Below are positions 1 to 9,564 of a stretch of DNA of 64,000 nucleotides, one piece after another. The notes beneath the pieces were generated by a model. That model saw nothing but the letters and a program-made list of their open reading frames with translations. It did no database searches and was not told the DNA's origin. Location of the stretch: the NCBI GenBank assembly GCA_016930775.1, contig JAFGGB010000092.1:1474-65473 (forward strand), read 5' to 3'. The translations under genes were made by a program, and so were the position numbers. Source of the stretch: Deltaproteobacteria bacterium. GTDB taxonomy: Bacteria > Desulfobacterota > Syntrophia > Syntrophales > UBA2210. The number at the start of each line of letters is the position of its first letter. Within the stretch, counting starts at the first letter, position 1.

Positions 1-2
1 TC

Positions 3-698
3 ACCGATATTTCCGGCGTTTATGCCGTTTCCGACAGCGGTGTCGACACCGTCGACGGTCTTCTCGCGGCTATCGAGGCCGCCTTCGCCGCAGAAGGAAC
101 GACAGTGAACGCCTTCCTTCTCGACGGCATGATCACCGTGGAGGACGGCATCGCGGGAATCTCTCTCATTTCACTGTCTCTTGCCTGCAACAACGAGGGA
201 GGCGGATCTCTCGACTTCGGAACGGTCAGCCAGTCCACAGAGCGAGATCTCGACCTCGGTCTCATCAACGGAACTTATTATGGTCTCGACGTGGCAGGGA
301 CAATCGGCGGCGAGCCCGCCACGGGCTCGGGGCAGTTTCTCCGGGGCAACGATGGCAATGTAAACACAGCCGGGCTGTCGCTTCTTTACCGCGGATCATC
401 GAGCAATGCCGACGCCGGCACGATTACGATCACAAACGGAATGGGAGAACTTTTTTTCAGGACCCTTTCGTATATTACCGACAGCGATGACGGCTACGTG
501 ACGTTCAAACAGCAATCTCTGAACAGCAGCATCAAAGGAAAACAAGAAAGAATCGACGAAATGGAGGCGGCCCTCGAGAGGAAAGCGGAACTGATGATCA
601 ATCGGTTCGTCGCCATGGAATTGCTTCTCGGGAAGTTGCAGAACCAGAGCAATTGGCTTGAAGGACAGCTTTCGGCGGCTTACAGCGCCTGGAAATAA
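3..698 (+). CDS. fliD: Flagellar filament cap protein FliD, C-terminal part (5' end lies outside the window)
   Basis: The frame is open from the window edge. The C-terminal coiled coil ...SIKGKQERIDEMEAALERKAELMINRFVAMELLLGKLQNQSNWLEGQL is typical of FliD. It is followed directly by fliS. Confidence 0.85.
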   Translation, partial: TDISGVYAVSDSGVDTVDGLLAAIEAAFAAEGTTVNAFLLDGMITVEDGIAGISLISLSLACNNEGGGSLDFGTVSQSTERDLDLGLINGTYYGLDVAGTIGGEPATGSGQFLRGNDGNVNTAGLSLLYRGSSSNADAGTITITNGMGELFFRTLSYITDSDDGYVTFKQQSLNSSIKGKQERIDEMEAALERKAELMINRFVAMELLLGKLQNQSNWLEGQLSAAYSAWK

Positions 699-749
699 GA
701 ACCGGCGCAGAAGAGCCCATTAGATCGAAACAAAGGAGTCGAAGACCCT

Positions 750-1205
750 ATGCAGACAGCGCATATAACGAGCAGCCTCAATCATTACAAGCGAACCCAG
801 GTATCTACAGCCGATCCATGGAGACTCATCGTCATGTGTTACGAGGGGGCAATCGGCAATCTGAAATGCGCTCGGGAACATCTTGAAAACAGACACTTCG
901 AAGACAAGGCAAAAGCCCTCGCGACGGTTCAGGAAATCATTGCACTCCTCATGCAGTCCATAGATTTTCAAAAGGGCGGAGATATCGCAAAGAATCTTAA
1001 CAATCTCTACGGCTACATGCTTAAGCGCATTCTCGAAGCGGATCTTCGGCAAGATCCGCGTATCTTTGACGAGGTGATTGCCCTCCTTCAGGAACTGGAA
1101 TCTGCCTGGAAAAATATCACCCCCCCGGCACCTCGCGATGACCGGGACACCCGCTCCCGCATAGAATCCACGAGGCTGCCGGGCGGTGCCTACGGAACGC
1201 TGTGA
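750..1205 (+). CDS. fliS: Flagellar export chaperone FliS
   Basis: 151 aa. Contains ...DPWRLIVMCYEGAIGNLKCAREHLENRHFEDKAKAL...NLYGYMLKRILEA, a FliS four-helix pattern. Lies in the fliD-fliS context. Confidence 0.9.
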   Translation: MQTAHITSSLNHYKRTQVSTADPWRLIVMCYEGAIGNLKCAREHLENRHFEDKAKALATVQEIIALLMQSIDFQKGGDIAKNLNNLYGYMLKRILEADLRQDPRIFDEVIALLQELESAWKNITPPAPRDDRDTRSRIESTRLPGGAYGTL

Positions 1206-1208
1206 AAG

Positions 1209-1649
1209 GTGACTGCCGTGGAACAGCATATCCTTCTTCAGCATAAGAAAGAATATCTCCGGGAACTTCTGTCGGTTACGGAACTTCTGTCCGCCGCCAT
1301 CAAAACCGACGACCTGAAAGGAGCGCAGGCGAACCTGGAGCGACGCAGGCGGCTAATGGGGCACATAGACGCCATCGACGGCTCTCTCTCCGCTGCCGCC
1401 GTAGACGATAAACATCTTGCGACTGAAGGGCGGCAGCGGAAGCTCCCCAATGTCGCAGGAGAAATCGCATCGATGCTCGAACGAATGGCGGAACTTCAGG
1501 GACAGTGCGAGGAAGCCCTCCGTACGAACCGTGAACAGCTTCTCGCTTCTCTTGATGCCGTCAGGAAGGGCCAGCGGGGCCTTCGGAGGTACGGCGACGG
1601 CAGTCCCGGAGGAAAACGGCAGCCCCGCTTCCTGGACCGGACGCTCTGA
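1209..1649 (+). CDS. Hypothetical helical protein downstream of fliS; a FliT/FlgN-like chaperone role is guessed from position only
   Basis: 146-aa ORF with a GTG start 4 nt after the fliS stop (an alternative GTG lies at 1218). It is helix-rich and Arg/Leu/Glu-rich. I recognised no family motif. Confidence 0.5.
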   Translation: MTAVEQHILLQHKKEYLRELLSVTELLSAAIKTDDLKGAQANLERRRRLMGHIDAIDGSLSAAAVDDKHLATEGRQRKLPNVAGEIASMLERMAELQGQCEEALRTNREQLLASLDAVRKGQRGLRRYGDGSPGGKRQPRFLDRTL

Positions 1650-1650
1650 C

Positions 1651-1677
1651 TCAAGTTTTTTGTCTTCTCGCCGATAG
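1651..1677 (+). promoter_or_regulatory. Sigma-28 (FliA) type promoter upstream of flaG
   Basis: TCAAGTTT-N11-GCCGATAG, read as TCAA-N15-GCCGATAG against the consensus TAAA-N15-GCCGATAA. It lies 38 nt upstream of the flaG ATG and just after the stop of the previous ORF. Confidence 0.6.
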
Positions 1678-1714
1678 TATTAATGAAAGGATCTTCAGAA
1701 GGGAAGGTTTCGAC

Positions 1715-2077
1715 ATGGACGTCAAGGCAGTCACCATGACCGCGGAAGTCCTTCGATCCTCAGGAAACGGACGCCCGGTTTCGGGGGAACCCCGGCAGGC
1801 TCAGGCGGAGGCGTCTCGGGGGGAACAGGCATCGGAGGATGATAAAGAAACAGCACGGCTTTTCGACCAGCAGGAGGCTGCGCTTCAGGATTTCATGAAC
1901 GCCATGAACATCAGCATAGCCTTCTCCAGATACGGCAATAACAACGAAAAGGTTGCGATCACTGTCAGGGAGAAAGATACCGGAAAGGTAATCCGCGAGA
2001 TACCGTCGGAGGAAGTTCAGCGCTTTCATCGAAAGATGGACGAACTGATCGGCATGCTTTTCAGTCAAGAGGTTTGA
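1715..2077 (+). CDS. flaG: FlaG family flagellar protein
   Basis: 120 aa. The C-terminal ...NISIAFSRYGNNNEKVAITVREKDTGKVIREIPSEEVQRFHRKMDELIGMLF matches the FlaG signature. A GGGAAGG Shine-Dalgarno (SD) sequence is present. Confidence 0.85.
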   Translation: MDVKAVTMTAEVLRSSGNGRPVSGEPRQAQAEASRGEQASEDDKETARLFDQQEAALQDFMNAMNISIAFSRYGNNNEKVAITVREKDTGKVIREIPSEEVQRFHRKMDELIGMLFSQEV

Positions 2078-2091
2078 ACCGGGGCAGTTCT

Positions 2092-2604
2092 TTATTTGCC
2101 GCTCCCTTCTTTCCGGACCGTTATATCCGAGACAAGGGATTTCCTTCGATCATCGCCATCGTCGCTTTCATCGGCGACGGTTTCTCCCACGAGAGAGCAC
2201 TGTATCTGCCAGGACTGATCCTCAAGAACAATCTGCTTGGCCAGCATTTTAGAAACGTTGATGATGACGGGCGCCCTCAGATTGACTGCAACCCTCATGG
2301 GGTCGGTGCGGATCGTTGCGATGACCATGACCGTTACGTCCTGGGGAGACTCGATTTCCAGCAGGGCCACATCTTCATCCCTGATGGTGGGAGCGTAATC
2401 GGGTTTCACCAGGAAAGGATTTATGACGTAGAAGGCTACGGACGGCTCCTCCGCGGACTGTAAAATCCAGAAGGGGACCTTTCTGTTCTGGATAAGGAAA
2501 ACATAGCGCCGCAGACGATCGAAACCGAGAATCCCGCCTCTCATTTCTATGACTTTGCCGTCGTCGACGGTGATTTGCCCGAAACGTGTCGTTAGGATCT
2601 CCAC
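2092..2604 (-). CDS. fliW: Flagellar assembly factor FliW (CsrA antagonist)
   Basis: Begins MEILTTRFGQITVDDGKVIEMRGGILGF...FWILQS...FYVINPF, the FliW motif. Its GTG start overlaps the csrA stop by 1 nt (TAGTG). Confidence 0.9.
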   Translation of the reverse strand: MEILTTRFGQITVDDGKVIEMRGGILGFDRLRRYVFLIQNRKVPFWILQSAEEPSVAFYVINPFLVKPDYAPTIRDEDVALLEIESPQDVTVMVIATIRTDPMRVAVNLRAPVIINVSKMLAKQIVLEDQSWQIQCSLVGETVADESDDGDDRRKSLVSDITVRKEGSGK

Positions 2605-2855
2605 TAGGCCTTCCTCTCCTTTTGCTTCAGTTGCTCCCAGAGATCATCGAGATTCGACGATTCAGGAGCCGCCGCTTGGGCCGCCATACAATTCTGTTCC
2701 TGGATTATCCGGTAGACCTCTTCACGATGCACCGGCAATTCCCCCGGCGCCTCGATGCCTATCCTGACCTGTTTGCCCTTGATCGAAAGCACGGTGATTC
2801 TTATGCCATCGCCGATCTTGATCGCCTCGTTCTCTTTCCGCGTGAGAATCAGCAT
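2604..2855 (-). CDS. csrA: Carbon storage regulator CsrA (FliW-partnered type with a C-terminal extension)
   Basis: [48 protein letters not shown] is a near-canonical CsrA core. An extra C-terminal tail of about 30 aa follows. Confidence 0.93.
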   Translation of the reverse strand: MLILTRKENEAIKIGDGIRITVLSIKGKQVRIGIEAPGELPVHREEVYRIIQEQNCMAAQAAAPESSNLDDLWEQLKQKERKA

Positions 2856-2864
2856 GTTCCGTCA

Positions 2865-4067
2865 TCACTTAAGAAACTCGAGAATCGAGGCGCTCTCGAT
2901 CTTCGATATCATGGCATAGGATGCCTGAAGCACCGTTTCCTTCATGCTGAACTGGGTAATGAGTTCCGTCAGGTCGACATCCTCCGTCGCTGAAATCATT
3001 TCGGTGAGCTTGCCTTCAAGAGCGGTCAGATTGCTTTCGGCTATATCGAGCCGGTTTATTTTCGTTCCGCAGAGCGTCTCGGCGCGGCTGATCTGCGCCG
3101 ATGCTTTCTTCAAGTCTTCCAGAGCCTCTTCGATGCCTCCCTGGTCATTCTCCTCCAACGCCTGCCTCAGGTTATGGAACGTTTCGAAAATATCAACGCC
3201 TTCGGCGCCGTGCGCGGTAAAAACGTCCTCGCCCGTCAGAGAATATGCAGAACCGGTTTCCCTGTTAATGTCAAGCGTCAGCTCTTCGCCGTTCCCTCGA
3301 TAATAGCCCGGCGCCCTGGCCTCAACCATGAAGACGTCGCCGATCGCCAGATGTTCCGAGCCATCGTCGACAAACGTGAGATTGATGCCGTCGCCGAGAG
3401 TTATTGTGCCGCTCTCCAGATCATCGTAGACAGCGCTCCAGGTCCGGCCTCCATCGCCGGAAAGCTGATACGCGGCCTCCCCTAAGTCGCCGCCGGCAAC
3501 TATTTTTACAACGAGGGTTTTGTTTGTCGCTCCCGAATAGGTTCCCGAAGCCGAAAGGCTGCCGTCAAAAGCGTTGCCCCCGGCGGCTTTCGGATCGCCG
3601 ATCGTCGGGCCGGCGTAATCCGCACTGAAGGGCGCCTCATCGACTTTCGTTCCGGCGAAGAGATAACGATCGCCGAAGACGCCGTTTGCCAGAGAGAGCA
3701 ATTCATCTGTCAATTGGCCGACCGCAACGGCCCCGGTCTGGCGGGAGTCTGCGGAGGCAGTGGCGCTTGCCCCGGCAACAGCCGTTTCACGGGCCTTTAC
3801 AATCAGGTCATCGATGGCCGTGAGCTTCGATTCCGTCATGGTAATCCACGACCGCGCCGTGTTTATGTTTCTCTTGTATTGCTCTATCGATGTCAGCGAG
3901 GACCGGCAGGCAGCCACCCTCGTCATTCCCAGGGGATCATCGGAAGGCCTGTTGATCGTCTTCTGGGTTGTCATTTGTTCCATGAGTTTGGTGTAATCCC
4001 GTTGCACTCGGAAGAGATTATCCACCATTCCTTGAAATTTCATCGTTTCGGTAACGCGAAAGGACAT
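2865..4067 (-). CDS. flgL: Flagellar hook-associated protein 3 FlgL
   Basis: N-terminal ...INRPSDDPLGMTRV and the conserved flagellin-like N and C termini. Located just downstream of flgK. Confidence 0.9.
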   Translation of the reverse strand: MSFRVTETMKFQGMVDNLFRVQRDYTKLMEQMTTQKTINRPSDDPLGMTRVAACRSSLTSIEQYKRNINTARSWITMTESKLTAIDDLIVKARETAVAGASATASADSRQTGAVAVGQLTDELLSLANGVFGDRYLFAGTKVDEAPFSADYAGPTIGDPKAAGGNAFDGSLSASGTYSGATNKTLVVKIVAGGDLGEAAYQLSGDGGRTWSAVYDDLESGTITLGDGINLTFVDDGSEHLAIGDVFMVEARAPGYYRGNGEELTLDINRETGSAYSLTGEDVFTAHGAEGVDIFETFHNLRQALEENDQGGIEEALEDLKKASAQISRAETLCGTKINRLDIAESNLTALEGKLTEMISATEDVDLTELITQFSMKETVLQASYAMISKIESASILEFLK

Positions 4068-4083
4068 TATGCTCCTCGCTTTC

Positions 4084-5469
4084 CTATCGAATCATCTCCA
4101 TGAGCGTATCGGTAAGATCCTGGACGGCCGTAACCAGCTTGGCCGCCGCATTATAGCCTTGCTGATACCGGATGAGATTCACCATTTCTTCGTCTATGGA
4201 AACGCCCGAAAGATTTTCACGCTGCTGAAGAAGTTTGCCTTTGAGCAGTTCCCCATGATCAACGTACCTCGTGGCGTCGTTCACATCACGGCCTACCCTC
4301 CCGAGAAAGGCCGTATAGAATTCGCCTATCGTGGCCGTGCCGTTCGAAAGGACCGTCATATCCTTCAAAGCCCCTATTCCCCGGGCTGCTTCGCCGTCGT
4401 TGTTCACACTGTAGGAGGCGGCGACACGGCCGGGGTCGTCACTGATCGCATCGGCAAGAGAAATGTTCCCGGCTGCGGTCTTAGACTCGTCGAAAAAACT
4501 TCCGCCGGGGTTGCCGTAGGAATCATACCCCTGGGCATGAAATTTGTTGACCTCCGTCACAAGAGCGGCAGCAAGGGTGTCGAGACTTTGACGGTACGAG
4601 GGCATCGTTTCGTCGCGGATCTCCAGAAGACCTGCTATCCTTCCGCCGGAAAGGACATTGTTGATCGCCGTCGAAGGGTCGCTCCGGAAAATCACGTCCC
4701 GGTAACTGTGATTGTCGGAATTCACGCGGACATCCAGAAGCCAGACCTTCTCACCCTCTGCCAGCGGCATGCCGTTGTCGAGGAAAACATTCAATTGGCC
4801 TTCGTCGTCTTCGAAGTAATTCACATTTACGATGGAAGCCAGATTCTTAACCAGCTCGGTCCGGCGGTCCAGCAGATTGTTCACGTTCCCATTGCCTGCC
4901 TGGAGAAGAGCTATTTTCCCGTTCAGATCGCCCAACTCCGAGACAATATTGTTCACCTCGTCCACAAGCCCTGTAATTTCATTATCCACGTCATCCTGTA
5001 TGGAACGGATATTTCCATCATAGGACCGAAAGAGCATCGTGAGACTGTCGGCCACGGACACAACGGCGGCTTTCTCGGTCTCGCCGCCGGGATTTGCCGC
5101 CAGATCCTGCCAGGCGTTCCAGAAATCATTCAGAAGGGCGTTTATTCCCTGGCCGTCGCTCTCGTTCACGAGCGTTTCAACCCGTTGGAGGGCCTCCTGT
5201 TTTGCCTTGTTATATTCCAGAGAACTGAGCTGATTTCCTATCTGGACCTCCACAAAGCGATCGTAGAGTCGATCTATCCGTGCCAGGTCAACGCTGGTCT
5301 GCGCGTCGTCAAGGGAAACGCTCAGGGTCCCCTTCGTTGAAAAGACAGGACGCTGGCGCGTGTATCCTGGCGTGTTGACGTTCGCTATGTTCGACCCCGT
5401 CACATCGATCGCCGTCTTGTGGGCGAACAGGGCATCCGTCGCTATGGAGAGCAATGAGATTCCCGCCAT
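4084..5469 (-). CDS. flgK: Flagellar hook-associated protein 1 FlgK
   Basis: N-terminal ...AIDVTGSNIANVNTPGYTRQ and C-terminal GVSIDEEMVNLIRYQQGYNAAAKL are FlgK signatures. Confidence 0.93.
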   Translation of the reverse strand: MAGISLLSIATDALFAHKTAIDVTGSNIANVNTPGYTRQRPVFSTKGTLSVSLDDAQTSVDLARIDRLYDRFVEVQIGNQLSSLEYNKAKQEALQRVETLVNESDGQGINALLNDFWNAWQDLAANPGGETEKAAVVSVADSLTMLFRSYDGNIRSIQDDVDNEITGLVDEVNNIVSELGDLNGKIALLQAGNGNVNNLLDRRTELVKNLASIVNVNYFEDDEGQLNVFLDNGMPLAEGEKVWLLDVRVNSDNHSYRDVIFRSDPSTAINNVLSGGRIAGLLEIRDETMPSYRQSLDTLAAALVTEVNKFHAQGYDSYGNPGGSFFDESKTAAGNISLADAISDDPGRVAASYSVNNDGEAARGIGALKDMTVLSNGTATIGEFYTAFLGRVGRDVNDATRYVDHGELLKGKLLQQRENLSGVSIDEEMVNLIRYQQGYNAAAKLVTAVQDLTDTLMEMIR

Positions 5470-5473
5470 GACG

Positions 5474-6019
5474 CTATCCTCTTTCCGACAACAATCGCCC
5501 CTGCGGGGTCGAAAGCTGCAACGACCCCAGGTGCGAGTAAGTAGATCCCGGCGATAGGAGCTGACCGATAAATCCGATGGATTTTTCGATAAATTGAAGA
5601 GACGAATCGATAAGAAAACGGTTTGAAGCGTTCAGTTCCGCCAGTTCCGACAAAATCGCCCGCAGACTTGCACGGCAGAATTCCAGGGACTTCCGTTGTT
5701 GAGGCGATCCGTGGTCCAGAAGCTTCGAGAGCGTTATCGATCCATCAATGCCGAGGCGCCGGGCCAATCTTTCCGCCGTCGCCGTCCGCATTTCGTTGAT
5801 CATCTTGGCTTTCAGGACAAGAGTTTCCTTCCTGCCGTTGTTTTCGTAGAGATCTTCGATAGCCGATGAAAGAATCAGCTCCCGTTCCTTTACGGTGGCG
5901 AGGAGGATCGCTCGGTGAATTTCTGCTTCCTCGTGGAGAACGGCAATGAGACCGTCGAAAAGATCGCTGCCGACATCATCCCGGGCGGTATTCGCACTCT
6001 GATTGAAACGCGAGGCCAT
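5474..6019 (-). CDS. flgN: FlgN-like export chaperone
   Basis: 181-aa helical protein in the conserved flgM-flgN-flgK position. Contains LIAVLHEEAEIHRAILLATVKERELIL. The call rests mostly on context. Confidence 0.6.
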   Translation of the reverse strand: MASRFNQSANTARDDVGSDLFDGLIAVLHEEAEIHRAILLATVKERELILSSAIEDLYENNGRKETLVLKAKMINEMRTATAERLARRLGIDGSITLSKLLDHGSPQQRKSLEFCRASLRAILSELAELNASNRFLIDSSLQFIEKSIGFIGQLLSPGSTYSHLGSLQLSTPQGRLLSERG

Positions 6020-6133
6020 GTTCGGTTAACCCGTTTCTGGCATTGCCGCCCGACAGAGCGTCACTGGGCGGCATATCCCGATGGGTCCTGGTCGGAAAGA
6101 GCGGAGAGAAATCGGCAGTATATGGAAGGGGCG

Positions 6134-6490
6134 TCAGGCGAGAATATCAAGAATCGATTCCCGCAACATACTCTCAGCCACCTTTTCCCCATTGACTCTG
6201 TATGAGCCTTGCTCGATTTGTTCTTTGAGCTCCTGGACCTTCTCTTCCCGCACATCGGGGAGGCTTTCAATGGCCTTTTTCAAGGATTGGATCTCTTTGG
6301 CCTTTGCCGAAAGACTTACCTTCTCCTCGGGATTCAGAACATCGCTCACCGGTTTTCCCGGATCGGCCTGCCCCTTTCCGCCATTGATCTCGTACTGCTG
6401 AATGACGCTGCTTACCTGGTTTCGCGTATCGGAAACCTTCATAAAGTTCACGCTCCTTGCGTTATTCTCTTGTACAAGATCTATCGGCAT
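6134..6490 (-). CDS. flgM: Anti-sigma-28 factor FlgM
   Basis: 118 aa. The C-terminal ...REEKVQELKEQIEQGSYRVNGEKVAESML matches the FlgM C-terminal sigma-28-binding motif. Confidence 0.75.
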   Translation of the reverse strand: MPIDLVQENNARSVNFMKVSDTRNQVSSVIQQYEINGGKGQADPGKPVSDVLNPEEKVSLSAKAKEIQSLKKAIESLPDVREEKVQELKEQIEQGSYRVNGEKVAESMLRESILDILA

Positions 6491-6510
6491 AGCGCTGCCA
6501 GAACTTTAGG

Positions 6511-6843
6511 TTATTTTTCACCTCCCCCCTTCACCATTCGTCCCTTTAACTGCTCATAAAGCATTTTCTGAAGACCGACGCCTCCCTTCTTATGGGCAAG
6601 CGTTTCGGCTATTTTCTGGTCAGTGATCATGCGGTAGGCATCGCCGCCGGCGCCGCCGCTTTGAAAGACTCCCCCGGCAGGGACGGTCCGGCGCATGACC
6701 TCAATCATGCGGTACAAAAAGATCGACTCGAAATCGGCGCAGGTTTTTCTCAACCGCTCCTCCTCACCTGATCGAATGTTCCTCTTCCCGGACGCCCCGT
6801 CCGAAGAAATTGCTTCCGCTCCGCCGATTTTCATCATGAACAT
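6511..6843 (-). CDS. flgJ: FlgJ-like rod-binding protein (N-terminal domain only, no muramidase domain)
   Basis: 110 aa. CADFESIFLYRMIEVMRRT...LAHKKGGVGLQKMLYEQL is the rod-binding domain. The ORF ends with no hydrolase domain. Confidence 0.8.
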   Translation of the reverse strand: MFMMKIGGAEAISSDGASGKRNIRSGEEERLRKTCADFESIFLYRMIEVMRRTVPAGGVFQSGGAGGDAYRMITDQKIAETLAHKKGGVGLQKMLYEQLKGRMVKGGGEK

Positions 6844-6846
6844 GCC

Positions 6847-8019
6847 TCAGATGATCTTCAACTCGGCCTGGAGAGCGCCGGCGGCCTTTATGGCCTGAAG
6901 AATCGTGATAAGGTCCCTCGGTGAAACGCCGATGGCATTCAGGGCGTTCACCACATCCTGGATAGTCACTCCCTGCGGGAGAACCTGGAGGTTGCGCTTC
7001 TCTTCCGAGACGCCCACAGAGGTTTCCGACGTGACCACCGTCTGGCCCCCCGGCGCCACGGTAACGCCGCCGCCCATATTTACGGGGCCGCCGCCTTGAG
7101 GGGCGGCCGGCGAGAAGGGCAGCGGCTGTGAAACTTCCTTCGATTCTTTGATCTGGATGCTCAGATTCCCGTGGGCCACGGCGACCATGGAAATCCTTAC
7201 CTGCTCTCCCATGACGACGGTTCCCGTTTTTTCGTTCAGCACCACGACGGCCGGCGTGTCGACGGACACGGCAAGCATCTCAACCGCCGCGATGAGGTCC
7301 ACCACGTTGCCTTTATAGGATTCCTTCATGATTACACTGATGGAACTTGAATCGACCAGAGAGGTCTCCACCTCGCCGATGCGACCGGCGATCGCTTCGG
7401 CAACGCGCTTCGATGTGGTGAAATCAGGCTGCCGCAAATTGACGACGATCTGACGGCGCTTGTCGAAGAAATCATAGGACAGCTCCCGCTCGATAAAGGC
7501 GCCGTTAGGAATGGCGCCTACAGTCGTATGGTTTTTTGTGACGCCCCCGCCAGAGCCGCCGGCAGAAAAACCTCCAACCATGATGGGACCCTGAGCGACG
7601 GCATAGACGGCGCCGTCGGCCCCCCGGAGAGGCGACATGAGGAGCGTTCCTCCGACGAGGCTCTCGGCGTCTCCGACGGACGATACCGCCACGTCGATGC
7701 GGCTCCCCACCTTTCCGAAAGGCGGAAGTTTCGCCGTAATCATCACTGCGGCAACATTTTCGGCTTTCAAGGTCTTGTCCTTCATGGAGAGACCCTGCCG
7801 GGTCAGCATGTTTGCCAGAGTCTGGTCGGTAAAACCGTTTTTGACGCTGTCGCCCGTGCCGTTGAGACCCACGACGAGACCGTAACCCGCGAGCTGGTTG
7901 TCCCGAATGCCGCCGATGTCGGCGATATCCTTGATCCGGGCTCCCCAGGCCGGTCCTTGAGCGGCGCACAGAAAGGCCGCAAAAATAAGCGTAGCTGCTG
8001 CGCTTTTAAGAGCCTTCAT
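6847..8019 (-). CDS. flgI: Flagellar P-ring protein FlgI
   Basis: Signal peptide followed by RIKDIADIGGIRDNQLAGYGLVVGLNGTGD, the FlgI signature. Confidence 0.95.
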   Translation of the reverse strand: MKALKSAAATLIFAAFLCAAQGPAWGARIKDIADIGGIRDNQLAGYGLVVGLNGTGDSVKNGFTDQTLANMLTRQGLSMKDKTLKAENVAAVMITAKLPPFGKVGSRIDVAVSSVGDAESLVGGTLLMSPLRGADGAVYAVAQGPIMVGGFSAGGSGGGVTKNHTTVGAIPNGAFIERELSYDFFDKRRQIVVNLRQPDFTTSKRVAEAIAGRIGEVETSLVDSSSISVIMKESYKGNVVDLIAAVEMLAVSVDTPAVVVLNEKTGTVVMGEQVRISMVAVAHGNLSIQIKESKEVSQPLPFSPAAPQGGGPVNMGGGVTVAPGGQTVVTSETSVGVSEEKRNLQVLPQGVTIQDVVNALNAIGVSPRDLITILQAIKAAGALQAELKII

Positions 8020-8050
8020 AGCCGAGCGTTGTCTCCTTTCCCTACCGACA

Positions 8051-8776
8051 TCAGAAGGGCCATACCCAATCCAGGATTCTTGTCATCCATCCCGGCCGCA
8101 TCTTGTCATTGATGACGCCCGTTCCCGTGTAGATAACCCGGGCGTCTGCGATGTACTGGGACGAAACGATATTGTCCGCTGCGATATCCTCGGGCCTCAC
8201 GGTCCCCGTGATAACGATGTACTGGTCCTCCTCGTTTATACGAAGTTGACGCCGTCCTTCTATCACGAGATTGCCGTTTTCGCTGACATCGACTACGCGT
8301 GCGGAAATAGTGGCCTTCAATTTACCGCCCCTACTGGTATTTCCCGCACCGGCAAGTTCGCTCGTGGAGCTGCCGCCGATTTCATATTTTGAGAGTATTC
8401 TCCGGTCCGGCGAGGCCTGAGTTATCCCGGCGATGCCCGCAGTTGTGCTCGTGTCTTTGCTGGTCTTCGTGACGGCCTGATTTTGGCCGCTGGACGTCTC
8501 ATCAACCACTATGGTTATTATGTCTCCCACGTACCGGGCCTTGCTGTCGGAAAAGAGCATGTTCGTGGACCGTTCTCCCGGCCACAGGGACCCGACGGGA
8601 GGCGTCGGCTGTTCACTGCGTGAATTCGGGGACTTGAACGGTTCTTCCTTTTTCACTATCCCCTGCGTGGATGAACAGGCCGACAGGCCGACCATGCAAC
8701 AGACAATCGCTATCGTCATACGACGCCTCGAAAGGGCATCGGCACATTTTTTTTGCTGCTTCTTCAATGGTCTCAT
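8051..8776 (-). CDS. flgH: Flagellar L-ring lipoprotein FlgH
   Basis: [20 protein letters not shown] is the FlgH motif. I chose the start at MRPLKK (8776) because it gives a lipoprotein signal (..GLSAC) and removes the overlap with flgA. The ORF track extends to 8854. Confidence 0.92.
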   Translation of the reverse strand: MRPLKKQQKKCADALSRRRMTIAIVCCMVGLSACSSTQGIVKKEEPFKSPNSRSEQPTPPVGSLWPGERSTNMLFSDSKARYVGDIITIVVDETSSGQNQAVTKTSKDTSTTAGIAGITQASPDRRILSKYEIGGSSTSELAGAGNTSRGGKLKATISARVVDVSENGNLVIEGRRQLRINEEDQYIVITGTVRPEDIAADNIVSSQYIADARVIYTGTGVINDKMRPGWMTRILDWVWPF

Positions 8777-8810
8777 GGTTGCTTCAACCCCGATTTTCCA
8801 CCGTTCGCCG

Positions 8811-9557
8811 TTAAAAATCGACGGCCACGAGAGAATCGTCAACGACTCGTGCATAGATTACCTTTTTCGAAGAGATATTCTTTACACGAATGAGTTCCCC
8901 TTTGGAACCGTCCTCTTCTGAAACGCCCATCGTGGAAAGCTTCAGAACCTGCCTCTCCAGCACGATCCTGACGAGAGCTCCCCGTTTAACCACAATGGAA
9001 TCACGGAGAACATGGCGGGTGAATTCCGCATTGGGTCTCAGGCTCGTGGTGAGTTCCTTGCCCAGAACCTCTTCAGGCTTGGAAACGACCTGGAAGGCCG
9101 GCCGGGAAAACCACTTCTCGACGACCGCAATGTCGTCGCGACCGATAACCGTCCCCTGCGCCAGGTACCTGGAACTCGTGACGACATCGCGCCGAACCTC
9201 CAGCTTGATCCGCACGTTCACATCCTTCACAAGGATTTCGTTCCGGTAAAAAAGCAGCCCCAGATTGGTATAACCGATGAAGTCATCGGTTCGCGGCATC
9301 GTAACCCTGTAAGTCACATCATCGCCGGCAATCTCCACATCGGGAAGGCGTGAGCAGAATTCTATGCGCACCGCGCCGGCAGTCCAGGGCATAACGGATT
9401 CCACATGAGTCGTAATGGCCTCTTTCAACTCGTCGGCGCCGATACGCGTCGCCTTCGAAGATCCGTCGGCCTGCGGCTGCGCCGGTACAAGAAAAACCAT
9501 GACAATCGCCAGAATCAACAACTTAATCGTCCCTGTCGTGCCGACTGAGGGGGCCAT
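8811..9557 (-). CDS. flgA: P-ring assembly chaperone FlgA
   Basis: Signal peptide plus a C-terminal SAF-like ...[30 protein letters not shown]. Position between flgG and flgH. Confidence 0.85.
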   Translation of the reverse strand: MAPSVGTTGTIKLLILAIVMVFLVPAQPQADGSSKATRIGADELKEAITTHVESVMPWTAGAVRIEFCSRLPDVEIAGDDVTYRVTMPRTDDFIGYTNLGLLFYRNEILVKDVNVRIKLEVRRDVVTSSRYLAQGTVIGRDDIAVVEKWFSRPAFQVVSKPEEVLGKELTTSLRPNAEFTRHVLRDSIVVKRGALVRIVLERQVLKLSTMGVSEEDGSKGELIRVKNISSKKVIYARVVDDSLVAVDF

Positions 9558-9564
9558 GACGCAA

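Noticed and set aside
4069-5340. Long antisense ORFs opposite confirmed genes. Examples: 4069-5340 opposite flgK, 9415-10335, 16263-17084, 18237-19361, 28736-29623, 33535-34440, 35488-36495, 36668-37615, 39573-40745, 41805-43130, 50074-50985, 52413-53201 and 59376-60380.
   Set aside because: Each lies fully inside a gene whose product has clear family motifs on the other strand. Their translations are Arg/Gly/His-rich and low in complexity, with no recognisable motifs. These are shadow ORFs of the kind expected in moderately GC-rich DNA.
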